This document shows, piece by piece, positions 21,253 through 30,229 of a stretch of DNA of 64,000 nt. The stretch comes from Rhodothermaceae bacterium bin80 (lineage in GTDB: Bacteria > Bacteroidota > Rhodothermia > Rhodothermales > Bin80). Under the pieces are notes generated by a model. The model was not told where the DNA came from. It worked only from the letters and a program-made list of their open reading frames with translations, and did no database searches. The position numbers were made by a program, and so were the translations under genes. The DNA is taken from contig MPNB01000009.1 in assembly GCA_002238805.1 (NCBI GenBank), forward strand, positions 123-64,122. Reading direction: 5' to 3'. Position 1 is the first letter of the stretch, and each line of letters opens with the position of its first letter.

Positions 21253-22518
21253 CTATTCGGGCAACGTCCAGAAAAATGCCTCATAGACCGCATCTGCAAC
21301 CGATCCCCGAATGCCCCTGAATCGTTCGTACTCGTCCCTCGTCGGATAGACACGGTTGGTGAGCAGAATTATCCAAACCTCTGAATCAGGATCAATCCAC
21401 AGGGAAGTTCCAGTAAAACCAGTATGACCATAACTTCGCGGACCGAAGTATTGACCGGCGGAAGACGGCTCATCATTCAGGTTTCGCGTATCCCAGCCCA
21501 GTGCGCGTGTACTGAATGAAGTATCCGCCACAGTCGTAAAGAGATCAATTGTTTGAGGTTTCAGAAATTCCTTTCCAGAGAAATTTCCTCGTTGTGCCAT
21601 CATCTGAGCAAACCGTGAGAGATCCAATGCTGTGGAAAAAAGCCCGGCATGGCCAGCTACCCCTCCCAGTGTCCAAGCGGTTTCGTCGTGTACCTCCCCC
21701 TGTATCAGGCGATTACGGAAGTAGTCATCCAATTCAGTAGGTACGACGGTGAGATCCGGTGTGCCTGTACCACGAAACCCTGTGGATGTCATACCAAGCG
21801 GTCCGAAAATATTTCGATTACACCATTGATCAAAAGGTTCTCTCGTGATTGATTCAATGGCTAATGCAAGCGAAATCATGCCAAAATCACTGTAGAGGTA
21901 CTCTTCTCCTGGTTCTGAAAGAAGCGCGGTCGTGAGTATGGAATCCAGTACTGCTTCGCGGGTAACAATACCGTCGAGGTAGAATGGCCGCCAGGCAGGC
22001 AGCCCGCTTGTATGTGTCAAAAGATGGCGTACGGTAATGGAGCGTCTCTCAGGTGTGTTGTATGCGTTCAAGTAGTGAAATACGGGTGCCTCTATATCTA
22101 GCCGACCCTGCTCGTAGAGGATCATAGTTGCTGTCGTTGTGGCAACGACCTTGGTCAGGGATGCGAGATCAAAGAGTGATTCCAGTTCCATACGCCGTTG
22201 GGCAGCGTATGTATATGTACCATACTCAGTCATTTTGACCACATTTGCTCCCTGTCCTACGGACACTACCGCGCCAGGAAAGGCTTGCGCATCAATGAAA
22301 TCCATGACCAGCGAATCAATACGCTCAAGTGCAGCCGGATTAACGATGACGGGGGTGTTGACAGGTGTGCGGGGGTGTTCTATAGCGGGGGGAACACGTC
22401 TTGGGCTGACATAACCCCAGCCTGACGGGCCATTTTGGACGGTTTCTCTAGCCGACTGGCAGGCACTTAGGGTCAAAATTGCGATAGCGAGAGTGTAAAA
22501 ATTCCAACGCATCCTCAT
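21253..22518 (-). CDS. Serine hydrolase, beta-lactamase (class C / PBP4*-like) family lipoprotein
   Basis: Lipoprotein signal (ILTLSAC), SxxK motif (ASLTKV), YSD (YxN-like), and HTGFTG. Confidence 0.85.
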   Translation of the reverse strand: MRMRWNFYTLAIAILTLSACQSARETVQNGPSGWGYVSPRRVPPAIEHPRTPVNTPVIVNPAALERIDSLVMDFIDAQAFPGAVVSVGQGANVVKMTEYGTYTYAAQRRMELESLFDLASLTKVVATTTATMILYEQGRLDIEAPVFHYLNAYNTPERRSITVRHLLTHTSGLPAWRPFYLDGIVTREAVLDSILTTALLSEPGEEYLYSDFGMISLALAIESITREPFDQWCNRNIFGPLGMTSTGFRGTGTPDLTVVPTELDDYFRNRLIQGEVHDETAWTLGGVAGHAGLFSTALDLSRFAQMMAQRGNFSGKEFLKPQTIDLFTTVADTSFSTRALGWDTRNLNDEPSSAGQYFGPRSYGHTGFTGTSLWIDPDSEVWIILLTNRVYPTRDEYERFRGIRGSVADAVYEAFFWTLPE

Positions 22519-22584
22519 GATTATTTGATATCCGTAGAGATAGTAGTATATTCAGACAGGATTCGCTCACAAAACTTGATGTAG

Positions 22585-22944
22585 ATGCCAAAGATAACGG
22601 TTTCTGGGTATGGAATTTTCGAAATTGAAGAAGGACAGCGGTTGGTAAATGCGCTGGAAGCAAATGGAGTTGATATTGGACACCGTTGCGGTGGGTATGC
22701 ACGCTGTACGACCTGTCGAGTGGAGATCAGCGAGGGGGAGCCTGAGGTCATTTCTCGAGCGGAGCAGGAAAAATTAGCAGATCGTAATCTGTTTGGGGAG
22801 GTAAGGTTAGCTTGCCAAATTCTTGTGGAGCATGATATGACGCTTAGGCCATTAATGACCGTTAGCGAGATGGGATGGTCCGATCCGGGCCCGGATCCTG
22901 AGGAAACTGTTACTCCCATCCCTGACTGGATTGAGCGATCCTGA
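22585..22944 (+). CDS. Plant-type [2Fe-2S] ferredoxin
   Basis: HRCGGYARCTTCRV ... ACQ cysteine pattern. 119 aa. Confidence 0.8.
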   Translation: MPKITVSGYGIFEIEEGQRLVNALEANGVDIGHRCGGYARCTTCRVEISEGEPEVISRAEQEKLADRNLFGEVRLACQILVEHDMTLRPLMTVSEMGWSDPGPDPEETVTPIPDWIERS

Positions 22945-23160
22945 GACGCAATATAGAGGGTATCCGTTAAGAGGACATCGTTTCACAGTCGGTTGCCAAA
23001 TTTAAAGGTGTAACTACGAAATATTCACAATTGGTAGGCATGCTTTTTGCGGACAGTATGTAGTCGCTTTGAACTATTACATTTGGATTAGGTATCCAGT
23101 AGCGGAATGGTAGGCGACTACAACCAGATACAGGATTAATCACATACGATCAGTGTAGCG

Positions 23161-25809
23161 ATGGCCAAGTTCGTACTCGTATTTCAAAGATGGTTGATTT
23201 GCTTTTTAGCCGGTGGTCTCTTGGCCGCATCCGTCGTGATGGCACAGGGTACGGCTACCTATGAGTTGACCTTCACCCCAACCTGGAGTGCCTCGACACA
23301 TCCGAATGGCTTTCCACCCAACCCTCATTTTTCCGGGCTAATTGGAGCTACTCACAGTGATGCTGTGCACTTCTGGCGTACCGGGGAAGTTGCGACGGAT
23401 GGCATTAAGCAAATGGCTGAGCTTGGGGCTAAGGGGGCGTTTCGTAGCGAAATCAACCAAGCAATCAACGCATCGAACGCGGATGCTATCGTGGATGCGT
23501 CGGGGGTTAATTCCCCCGGTGTTCGAAAAACAACCTTCGAGGTCCGCCCGCCTTGGAATTTTGTGACGGTCACATCAATGCTCGCCCCGAGTCCTGACTG
23601 GTTCGTCGGTGTATCTGGTCTGGATCTGCTGGATGGGGATATGAACTGGATTGATACGCTGGAAGTAGAGCTGTTCGTTTACGATGCAGGAACTGACAGC
23701 GGATCCGACTACACATCACCCAATCAACCCACCAGCCCGAGAGAGGAAATCAGACGTATACAGGAGGCGCCGTTCCTAGTGAGTGGGGTAGTAAAACCGG
23801 TGGGCACTTTCCGGTTCGAACTGAAAGAAGTAGAACTTCCCTCGGCCGGCTACTTCAGCGTTGGCGGAACGGAAATTTTGGATGCGAATGGACAGCCTAC
23901 GGTAATCAAGGGCATGGGTCTTGGCGGCTGGCTATTGCCGGAAGGTTATATGCTCCATATTTCAACGAGGAGTCAACCAACAGACGGCCCCACCGGAATC
24001 CGGAACCAAATGATTGATCTCATTGGTGAACGGGGGACGGACGAATTTTTCGAGTTGTTCAGGGAGAAGTACGTGCAGGAGAAGGATATTGCTAAGATTA
24101 AGGAGTGGGGATTCGATCATATTCGACTGCCCTTTCATTACCGACTGTTTTACAATCCTGAGCTTGATACTTGGGAGGAGGATGGTTTTGAACTGCTAGA
24201 TATGCTCCTGGAATGGTGTCGAAGGCATGAAGTAAATGTGATTCTTGATATGCACGCGGCGCCAGGCGCTCAGAATGAAGGCGGGATTTCGGACAGTGAT
24301 GGTGAAGCGCGGCTTTGGACTGAACCAGACAAGTATTGGCCGCAGACAATAAAGATCTGGCGTGAAATTGCTAGACGCTACAGTGACGAACCTCTGATCA
24401 TCGGGTATGATCTTATTAACGAGCCCACAGTCCCCGACGAAATCGCTCGGAGTCTGGCCAATCTTTATACTCGGATCATCGACGCAGTACAACCGATTTC
24501 TCCCAACCACCTGTTTTTCCTGGAAGGCAATTGGTGGGCGACGTCATTTGACGAACATCTGCGTAGCATTCCGCAGCAAAGAGGAAATGTGGTCTACTCG
24601 TTTCATCACTATTGGAAGGGAGCAGATCAGGGCGCTATCCAGTACCTGCTAAGTATGCGGGATGAGGACCAAGTGCCTCTCTATCTGGGCGAGACTGGTG
24701 AAAACTCAAACTCCTGGTTCTATGCACTCACGAAGGTGGCGGAGGAACATCGTATTGGAATCAATTGGTGGACGCATAAAAAAATCGAAACCACGACTAG
24801 TCCACTCAGTGCGCCGTTTGCACCCGGCTATGCTGAGGTAACTAGGTATTGGCGCGGTGACGGGCCAGAGCCATCTGGTGAGGTTGCGTACAGGGGTCTC
24901 ATTGGAATGGCTCATTATCTGGATTTGGATTCCGCTCGCGTGAATCGCGGCTTATTGGCTGCGCTCTTTGATCCAGAGTTCGGAACTGTACAAAAGCCAT
25001 TCAAGGAGCATGAGGTTCCGGGTATCATCAATGCTGCTGACTATGATCTGGGGAATCAGGGAGTGGCATACCAGGATTCGGATCACTGGGCAGTTACGGG
25101 AAACGCTGGAGGGGGCAACAGTGGACGGGAGTATCGCAATGATGGTGTGGACATTGAGCCTTCCACGGATCCAAACGGGTTTGCTTACAACGTGGGATTC
25201 ACTGAACGGTTTGAGTGGCTGGAGTTCACCTTGGATGTTTTGCACGATGGAGTCTACGAGATTGATGTTCGGGGTGCCAGCCAAAGCGGGGGGGATCGGA
25301 CTGGTTCAGATATCCTCTTCTCTCTTGACGGAGATCGTATCGGAGAGGTAGAAATAGGCAACACGGGCGGTTGGCAGCAGTGGGTTACGGAACAGGCGCG
25401 TACGCCTGAACTAAAGGCCGGCACCCAACGCATCCTCCGGGTAAGTTTCGCGGATCGGGAAGTCAATCTGAACCGAATGACCTTCCGCCTAGTGTCCACC
25501 ACTCAGCGGGAAGAAGCAGATGAGATACCAGCCGAGCCCGAGTTGCTTGCGACCTACCCGAATCCGTTTACAGAGGTTGTCCATATATCATTTTCCACCC
25601 CGGAACCAGTCACGGCAACTGCCGTGCTGTATGACATGTTGGGGCGTCAGGTGTATCAGGCAGATGATGCGACTTATAGCGCGGGGAGCCACGAGATATC
25701 CTTAACGCTGGATTTGGCGTTAGCACCAGGAGTTTACGTTTTGCGATTGAAACTTGATGGGCCGGGGTTGTCAAAAACCATTACGCGTCCACTCGTTGCT
25801 ACGAAATAG
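23161..25809 (+). CDS. Secreted Spondin_N - GH5 glycoside hydrolase - CBM6-like - T9SS C-terminal-domain protein
   Basis: ATYELTFTPTWSASTHPNGFPPNPHFSGLIGATHS (spondin N-domain-like). GH5 acid/base GYDLINEP and nucleophile YLGETGE. INAADYDLGNQGVAYQDSD (CBM6-like). C-terminal TYPNPFTEVVHISF...GVYVLRL (T9SS sorting domain). Confidence 0.8.
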   Translation: MAKFVLVFQRWLICFLAGGLLAASVVMAQGTATYELTFTPTWSASTHPNGFPPNPHFSGLIGATHSDAVHFWRTGEVATDGIKQMAELGAKGAFRSEINQAINASNADAIVDASGVNSPGVRKTTFEVRPPWNFVTVTSMLAPSPDWFVGVSGLDLLDGDMNWIDTLEVELFVYDAGTDSGSDYTSPNQPTSPREEIRRIQEAPFLVSGVVKPVGTFRFELKEVELPSAGYFSVGGTEILDANGQPTVIKGMGLGGWLLPEGYMLHISTRSQPTDGPTGIRNQMIDLIGERGTDEFFELFREKYVQEKDIAKIKEWGFDHIRLPFHYRLFYNPELDTWEEDGFELLDMLLEWCRRHEVNVILDMHAAPGAQNEGGISDSDGEARLWTEPDKYWPQTIKIWREIARRYSDEPLIIGYDLINEPTVPDEIARSLANLYTRIIDAVQPISPNHLFFLEGNWWATSFDEHLRSIPQQRGNVVYSFHHYWKGADQGAIQYLLSMRDEDQVPLYLGETGENSNSWFYALTKVAEEHRIGINWWTHKKIETTTSPLSAPFAPGYAEVTRYWRGDGPEPSGEVAYRGLIGMAHYLDLDSARVNRGLLAALFDPEFGTVQKPFKEHEVPGIINAADYDLGNQGVAYQDSDHWAVTGNAGGGNSGREYRNDGVDIEPSTDPNGFAYNVGFTERFEWLEFTLDVLHDGVYEIDVRGASQSGGDRTGSDILFSLDGDRIGEVEIGNTGGWQQWVTEQARTPELKAGTQRILRVSFADREVNLNRMTFRLVSTTQREEADEIPAEPELLATYPNPFTEVVHISFSTPEPVTATAVLYDMLGRQVYQADDATYSAGSHEISLTLDLALAPGVYVLRLKLDGPGLSKTITRPLVATK

Positions 25810-26032
25810 GTCAGTGTCAGATCAAGGCCGGGCCGGAGTCTTGATGGAGGGTACTCTGATGCGGAAGTGATTCCCATTTTAGGCCAATTGACCGGATTCC
25901 CGCTCAAATTCGCCATTTTCCCTCCGAAAGTTTACAGATTGGCCCACCAACCCGGGAGATCGGAAGGTATAGAGCGTATTTAGGTGTATGGCCTGTGGTC
26001 ATGCGGCCAGAGCAAGCAAATACAGAGCTGTG

Positions 26033-29000
26033 CTATTCCCAATCCGCATATCGCCCCCTTGGGCTCACATCAATCACGACGACATGAATTTTTTCACTAA
26101 GGGGCGGATCAAGTTGCTTTTCAAGTAGGCTTTTTAGTTCTTCCGGCCCGTTTGGGATGAGTCTTCCCTCGGTTTTCTCTGGTGCTATGACTTTCATATA
26201 TCTGATCCCAAACCAAAATACTAGATAGATCCCGAAACCGTCAGCTTCGGGATTTCGGGTATAATTGGCCACGAGTTGCTCGGAGATTCCGCGCCAGATG
26301 TCGCGATGATAAGTTTTTTTAATTTCTATTGGAATTGCAAGATCAGAGCCGAAGGACACGCGAATATCTGCCCTTTTTTCATCCGCGTATCGCCCTTCTG
26401 ATTGCGCATCAATCCGATATTTTTTGAGCATTTCGTTCAGATCTGATAGCAGTGCATCGCGGCAGTCATTTTCGTGTTGGGGGCCGATTAAAGTTTTCTG
26501 ATCCCGGTACCAGTATTGGCGCCAATCATTGGTTGATCCCTCACGTATTTGGTCTGCCAATTCTTCAAGGACATCAGTCGTCAGAGCGGCAAGGTCAGCG
26601 GCACTTGCAGGGGGACCACCCTGGAGTGCATTTTGAATTTTTTCTAGGTTGAGGTCAGATCGTTTGGCTGCGCGGAGCTTCCGGCCTTGCTCTTGCTGGG
26701 CTCTTGCAATTTCTGGCTTCCAAGCAGTCAGATCGGGATCAGCGGCCAACGAGGCAAGCGCCTCCACTGCGTCGTCGTCGCTACGTTCGGCAAGCTTCTG
26801 GATCCATGGGGTAAGAAGTGACAAGAATTTATTCCTATTGATCTCCTTCTCACTGAGAGAGTGTGGGCCGTCCCGGAAACCGGGGCGTTGTACCCATTTT
26901 CCAAGTGCCTGGATGAGTTGGGACATCTCTTCAGGACTCCAGTCGTCAGCGCTTTTCAGGATGAAGTTTCCACCGTCCGGTACAAAGAAACCAAGTACAC
27001 GACGTATCCGAGACTCGTGACCCGCTGAAAGAAACTCTCCCAGTAGCGGAAGACAGCGGTCTCTGGCAGCATGTACTCCTGCACAAAGCCACTGGGCTCG
27101 CTGGGCTATGTCCATATTTTTACGATCCAGTCGTTTTAGGACAATCTTCTGTAATTCTTCAGCGGACATGTCGCGGGCCAGAATAGTACTCCAGAGAACG
27201 GCCCGAAGAGATTCCAATTGCCGCTTGTTGCATCTGGTGGGGAAAACCGCGAACATTCGGCTCACAGCCAATGGTGCTATTTGAGCATATGTCTCGTCAA
27301 AGGCCATTTTGAATAGCTGCTGCCTTGGTGGTTCCTTGGCGCGAACACATGCATTGTGAACTGAGACCAGCGAATCAGCCACGGCCTCTGGATAGTGTTT
27401 TAGAGCCTGCTCATACCATGGCGGGAGGTTATTTTCATTGAAAATGAAGAAGTTTTGTGAAGTTTGGCGGCGAGGTAAATCAGTAAAAAGGTAAAACCCT
27501 ATTGCCCTCCGCCTTCCTTTTTCAGACAAGCGGTCTAGTATATTCTCGCTTTCCTCCTCCATTCCCGCGAGAAATGGAAACGCAAAGAGGGATATCTTGC
27601 TGCTTTCGTAGAGTTGGGTAATCTGGTCAAGGTCCGGTAAGTCGTCTCGATCCAACAGGCTACGAAATCCTGCCAAAGCTACCTGTACGAGGCTCACATC
27701 ACCGTCCAAATAGGATTCCAAATAATTTTTCGGCTCTCCACCCTCTGTGGCAAAACCATCGAAGTAGATTGTGGCAAGATCGTGGAGCAGGGTAGGTGAA
27801 CAAGTTCCTGTTGCTAATTCGGCTTTTTGCCGACGTATATGCTCAAGTTCTTTCCGTTTCTGTTCAAGGAAGGTGTTGCTGGATTTCTCTTGTTCCTTTG
27901 CCCATTTGGCTTGCTCCGCTTTGAGTTGGTTGTTGGCACTGATTCGTCTGCGGTTCCATTCGCACAGGCTTGGTGTGCCAGATACCGCCTGCGCCACTTC
28001 GTCGTCAGACAGCGGATATCCCCATCCTTCCTGTTCCCTGACGGACCAGCCTGCAAGCTTCTCGGCCGCTTTTGGGTGGGAGTTCCAGATCTCTCCGGCG
28101 TGGGTGAGACACCATGAACGAAATCCGGCAGGTGCATCTTTCCCTACGAACTTAAGACCTATCCGGTGGTTGTGTCGCTCATTCCCAGATTTGGATTCCC
28201 GTTCAATCAGTCCGTGTTCAATGAGTCCAAGCTGGAATGATTCTCGCTCATTCAACCAATTACGGATTACTTCATTCGCCTTATTGTTGCTCCGACTGTG
28301 TACTCGATCCAAACTATGTATCGGGAGCAACTGAGATGTGTCAAAACCAAACTCAACCAATTTGAACCACCTATATAGGTCTGGGATGGATAGTTCATCT
28401 CCCAACAAGTTCAGTCCTCGTGCAAGGAGCTTAAGAACAGTATACGCCAATCTGTTATCTGCCAACTTCGGAATCACTTCAGAAGCACGATCGCAAAGAG
28501 AATCAAGCAGATCTCCGATTTGATTTTTCTGTGACTTATCTGATAGATGATCCCAGAATTTTAAGTAGACGTTGCAGCCATATGCAAGGGTTCCGTTTAC
28601 GAGGTAATCCCATATTTCCGAAGGTTGTAATTCGCTGGGATACAAGAAGTCCAATAGATCACCCCTCAGATCATTCTTTTTATCTTGCAGGCGATTTTCT
28701 TTCAAATCTGCGAGAATCTTTTGAAGGACTGCAGGCCGATTTGGATTTCTGGTGAGTGTTCGGTTCAGTGCACGAAGCGCCTCGCGGCGTACAGATCGAT
28801 CCCAGCTAGAATCATAGACGATTTTCCGCAGGTTTTTGCAGTCAATTTCTGATGGGGTTTCTGAAGTTTTCTTCCCATCTACATTCACACCGTATTGTCT
28901 CTGCGAAACGCCTTGAAGGAGATAATAAACAAGGTTTTGCCTGCTATCTGAGCGTTCAGGCGAATCCGTCAATTCCCAGACGAATGGTGTGCCTTGATGA

Positions 29001-30229
29001 CCAGCCAAAGCTTCAAGAGCGGCTGCAGAAGGCCAAGTGTAGGTGAGATCAATGCTACGCTCAAGATTATTGAGCAATTCTCGCCGTTCCTCGTGGCTGA
29101 ATCTACTCGTATCGCCGTTGAGAGCCACGGCAACTGGATCTGCATGAATTAAAGCTGTTCGTGCTTCGGGATTAAAGGCAGCGAGCCAAGCCGCAAGTCC
29201 CCGGAGATCAGGAAAGGGGATTCCGTCATGCCCCGTGAGAAGAGCCAAGACCCGTCGCACGCTCAAGCCATCCCGGATCTTTTTGTCCAGATATCGGCCC
29301 GACAGAAATTCGGCGAGGAGTCGATGGATTGGAGCCCGACAGTCAGGATTCCCCTGAAAGAGCCCCGAACTAAAAGCTGTGAGAAGTGCAGAAGAATCTT
29401 GAGTCTCCACGTCTCGCAAAGTGAGAAGCTCAGATTTTTGTATATCATGCGCGGACCAACCAGACTTATTTGCAATCAACATGAATGCAGAAAGCTGACC
29501 GGCTGCGCTTAGGACGGCTTCGGGTTTCGGAAGTGTTTCGGGTAAGCGAGCGTAGTGGTATTCAGGGTTCTGTTCCTGTATGAGTTCCTTGCAAGCATTT
29601 TCGAATGTCTTAGTTGGGCTGTTAGACCAGCCGCCGTTTTTCACGGATTTATGCAGTACGGCGAGTAACTGTGGATTCCCGAGAAAGGCCTCCATATGAT
29701 GCTCATGAGCCTGCTGAATAAATGCATTGGCTTCCTTCTCAGAAATAATTTTCCGAATGTCGTCGTACTTCAACGGATTCAGTTGCAGTACCGGTATATC
29801 TTCAGCGTCTGAGAGTGTGGCAAGTTCTTTTCGATCTCTGGCTCCCAACCAACTGATAGAGCGGCACGATAGACGAAATTGGGGATTCCCCAAGACTTCA
29901 AGGCGTTCGATGATTTTATCCAGCGCAACTCTTGGATCCCCGCTTCCGATACGTACCTCATCAAGTCCATCAATAAAAAGGGGGCCTTTTCGCCAGTTAG
30001 GATGACTTTTTAGATTTCGGTTGATGAATTGGCGCGCAGGGATTGTGGGATTAGCATGAACCCGGCCAGCTTCTTTCTTGAATTCTGTTGTCTTTCCCAT
30101 CCCCGGCTCACCCAGAAGTACATAACCGTGGTCAGATTCGAAGTCGCTTAGCGATAGCTCCTCATTCCCAAGACGTTGATCGTCTCTTGGTTCCATCAGG
30201 CAAACCGTACGTTTCACAATCGGTGTCAT
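26033..30229 (-). CDS. NACHT-like STAND NTPase with long helical region and C-terminal PD-(D/E)xK nuclease-like module (1398 aa)
   Basis: Walker A GEPGMGKT aa40-47 (30089-30112). Walker B LFIDGLDE aa84-91 (29957-29980). RLSCRS, and the winged-helix signature IHRLLAEFLSGRYL. The C terminus reads RADIRVSF-x7-IPIEIKK (D1288/E1302/K1304, 26318-26368). The ATG overlaps the upstream stop (ATGA 30226-30229). Confidence 0.75.
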   Translation of the reverse strand: MTPIVKRTVCLMEPRDDQRLGNEELSLSDFESDHGYVLLGEPGMGKTTEFKKEAGRVHANPTIPARQFINRNLKSHPNWRKGPLFIDGLDEVRIGSGDPRVALDKIIERLEVLGNPQFRLSCRSISWLGARDRKELATLSDAEDIPVLQLNPLKYDDIRKIISEKEANAFIQQAHEHHMEAFLGNPQLLAVLHKSVKNGGWSNSPTKTFENACKELIQEQNPEYHYARLPETLPKPEAVLSAAGQLSAFMLIANKSGWSAHDIQKSELLTLRDVETQDSSALLTAFSSGLFQGNPDCRAPIHRLLAEFLSGRYLDKKIRDGLSVRRVLALLTGHDGIPFPDLRGLAAWLAAFNPEARTALIHADPVAVALNGDTSRFSHEERRELLNNLERSIDLTYTWPSAAALEALAGHQGTPFVWELTDSPERSDSRQNLVYYLLQGVSQRQYGVNVDGKKTSETPSEIDCKNLRKIVYDSSWDRSVRREALRALNRTLTRNPNRPAVLQKILADLKENRLQDKKNDLRGDLLDFLYPSELQPSEIWDYLVNGTLAYGCNVYLKFWDHLSDKSQKNQIGDLLDSLCDRASEVIPKLADNRLAYTVLKLLARGLNLLGDELSIPDLYRWFKLVEFGFDTSQLLPIHSLDRVHSRSNNKANEVIRNWLNERESFQLGLIEHGLIERESKSGNERHNHRIGLKFVGKDAPAGFRSWCLTHAGEIWNSHPKAAEKLAGWSVREQEGWGYPLSDDEVAQAVSGTPSLCEWNRRRISANNQLKAEQAKWAKEQEKSSNTFLEQKRKELEHIRRQKAELATGTCSPTLLHDLATIYFDGFATEGGEPKNYLESYLDGDVSLVQVALAGFRSLLDRDDLPDLDQITQLYESSKISLFAFPFLAGMEEESENILDRLSEKGRRRAIGFYLFTDLPRRQTSQNFFIFNENNLPPWYEQALKHYPEAVADSLVSVHNACVRAKEPPRQQLFKMAFDETYAQIAPLAVSRMFAVFPTRCNKRQLESLRAVLWSTILARDMSAEELQKIVLKRLDRKNMDIAQRAQWLCAGVHAARDRCLPLLGEFLSAGHESRIRRVLGFFVPDGGNFILKSADDWSPEEMSQLIQALGKWVQRPGFRDGPHSLSEKEINRNKFLSLLTPWIQKLAERSDDDAVEALASLAADPDLTAWKPEIARAQQEQGRKLRAAKRSDLNLEKIQNALQGGPPASAADLAALTTDVLEELADQIREGSTNDWRQYWYRDQKTLIGPQHENDCRDALLSDLNEMLKKYRIDAQSEGRYADEKRADIRVSFGSDLAIPIEIKKTYHRDIWRGISEQLVANYTRNPEADGFGIYLVFWFGIRYMKVIAPEKTEGRLIPNGPEELKSLLEKQLDPPLSEKIHVVVIDVSPRGRYADWE

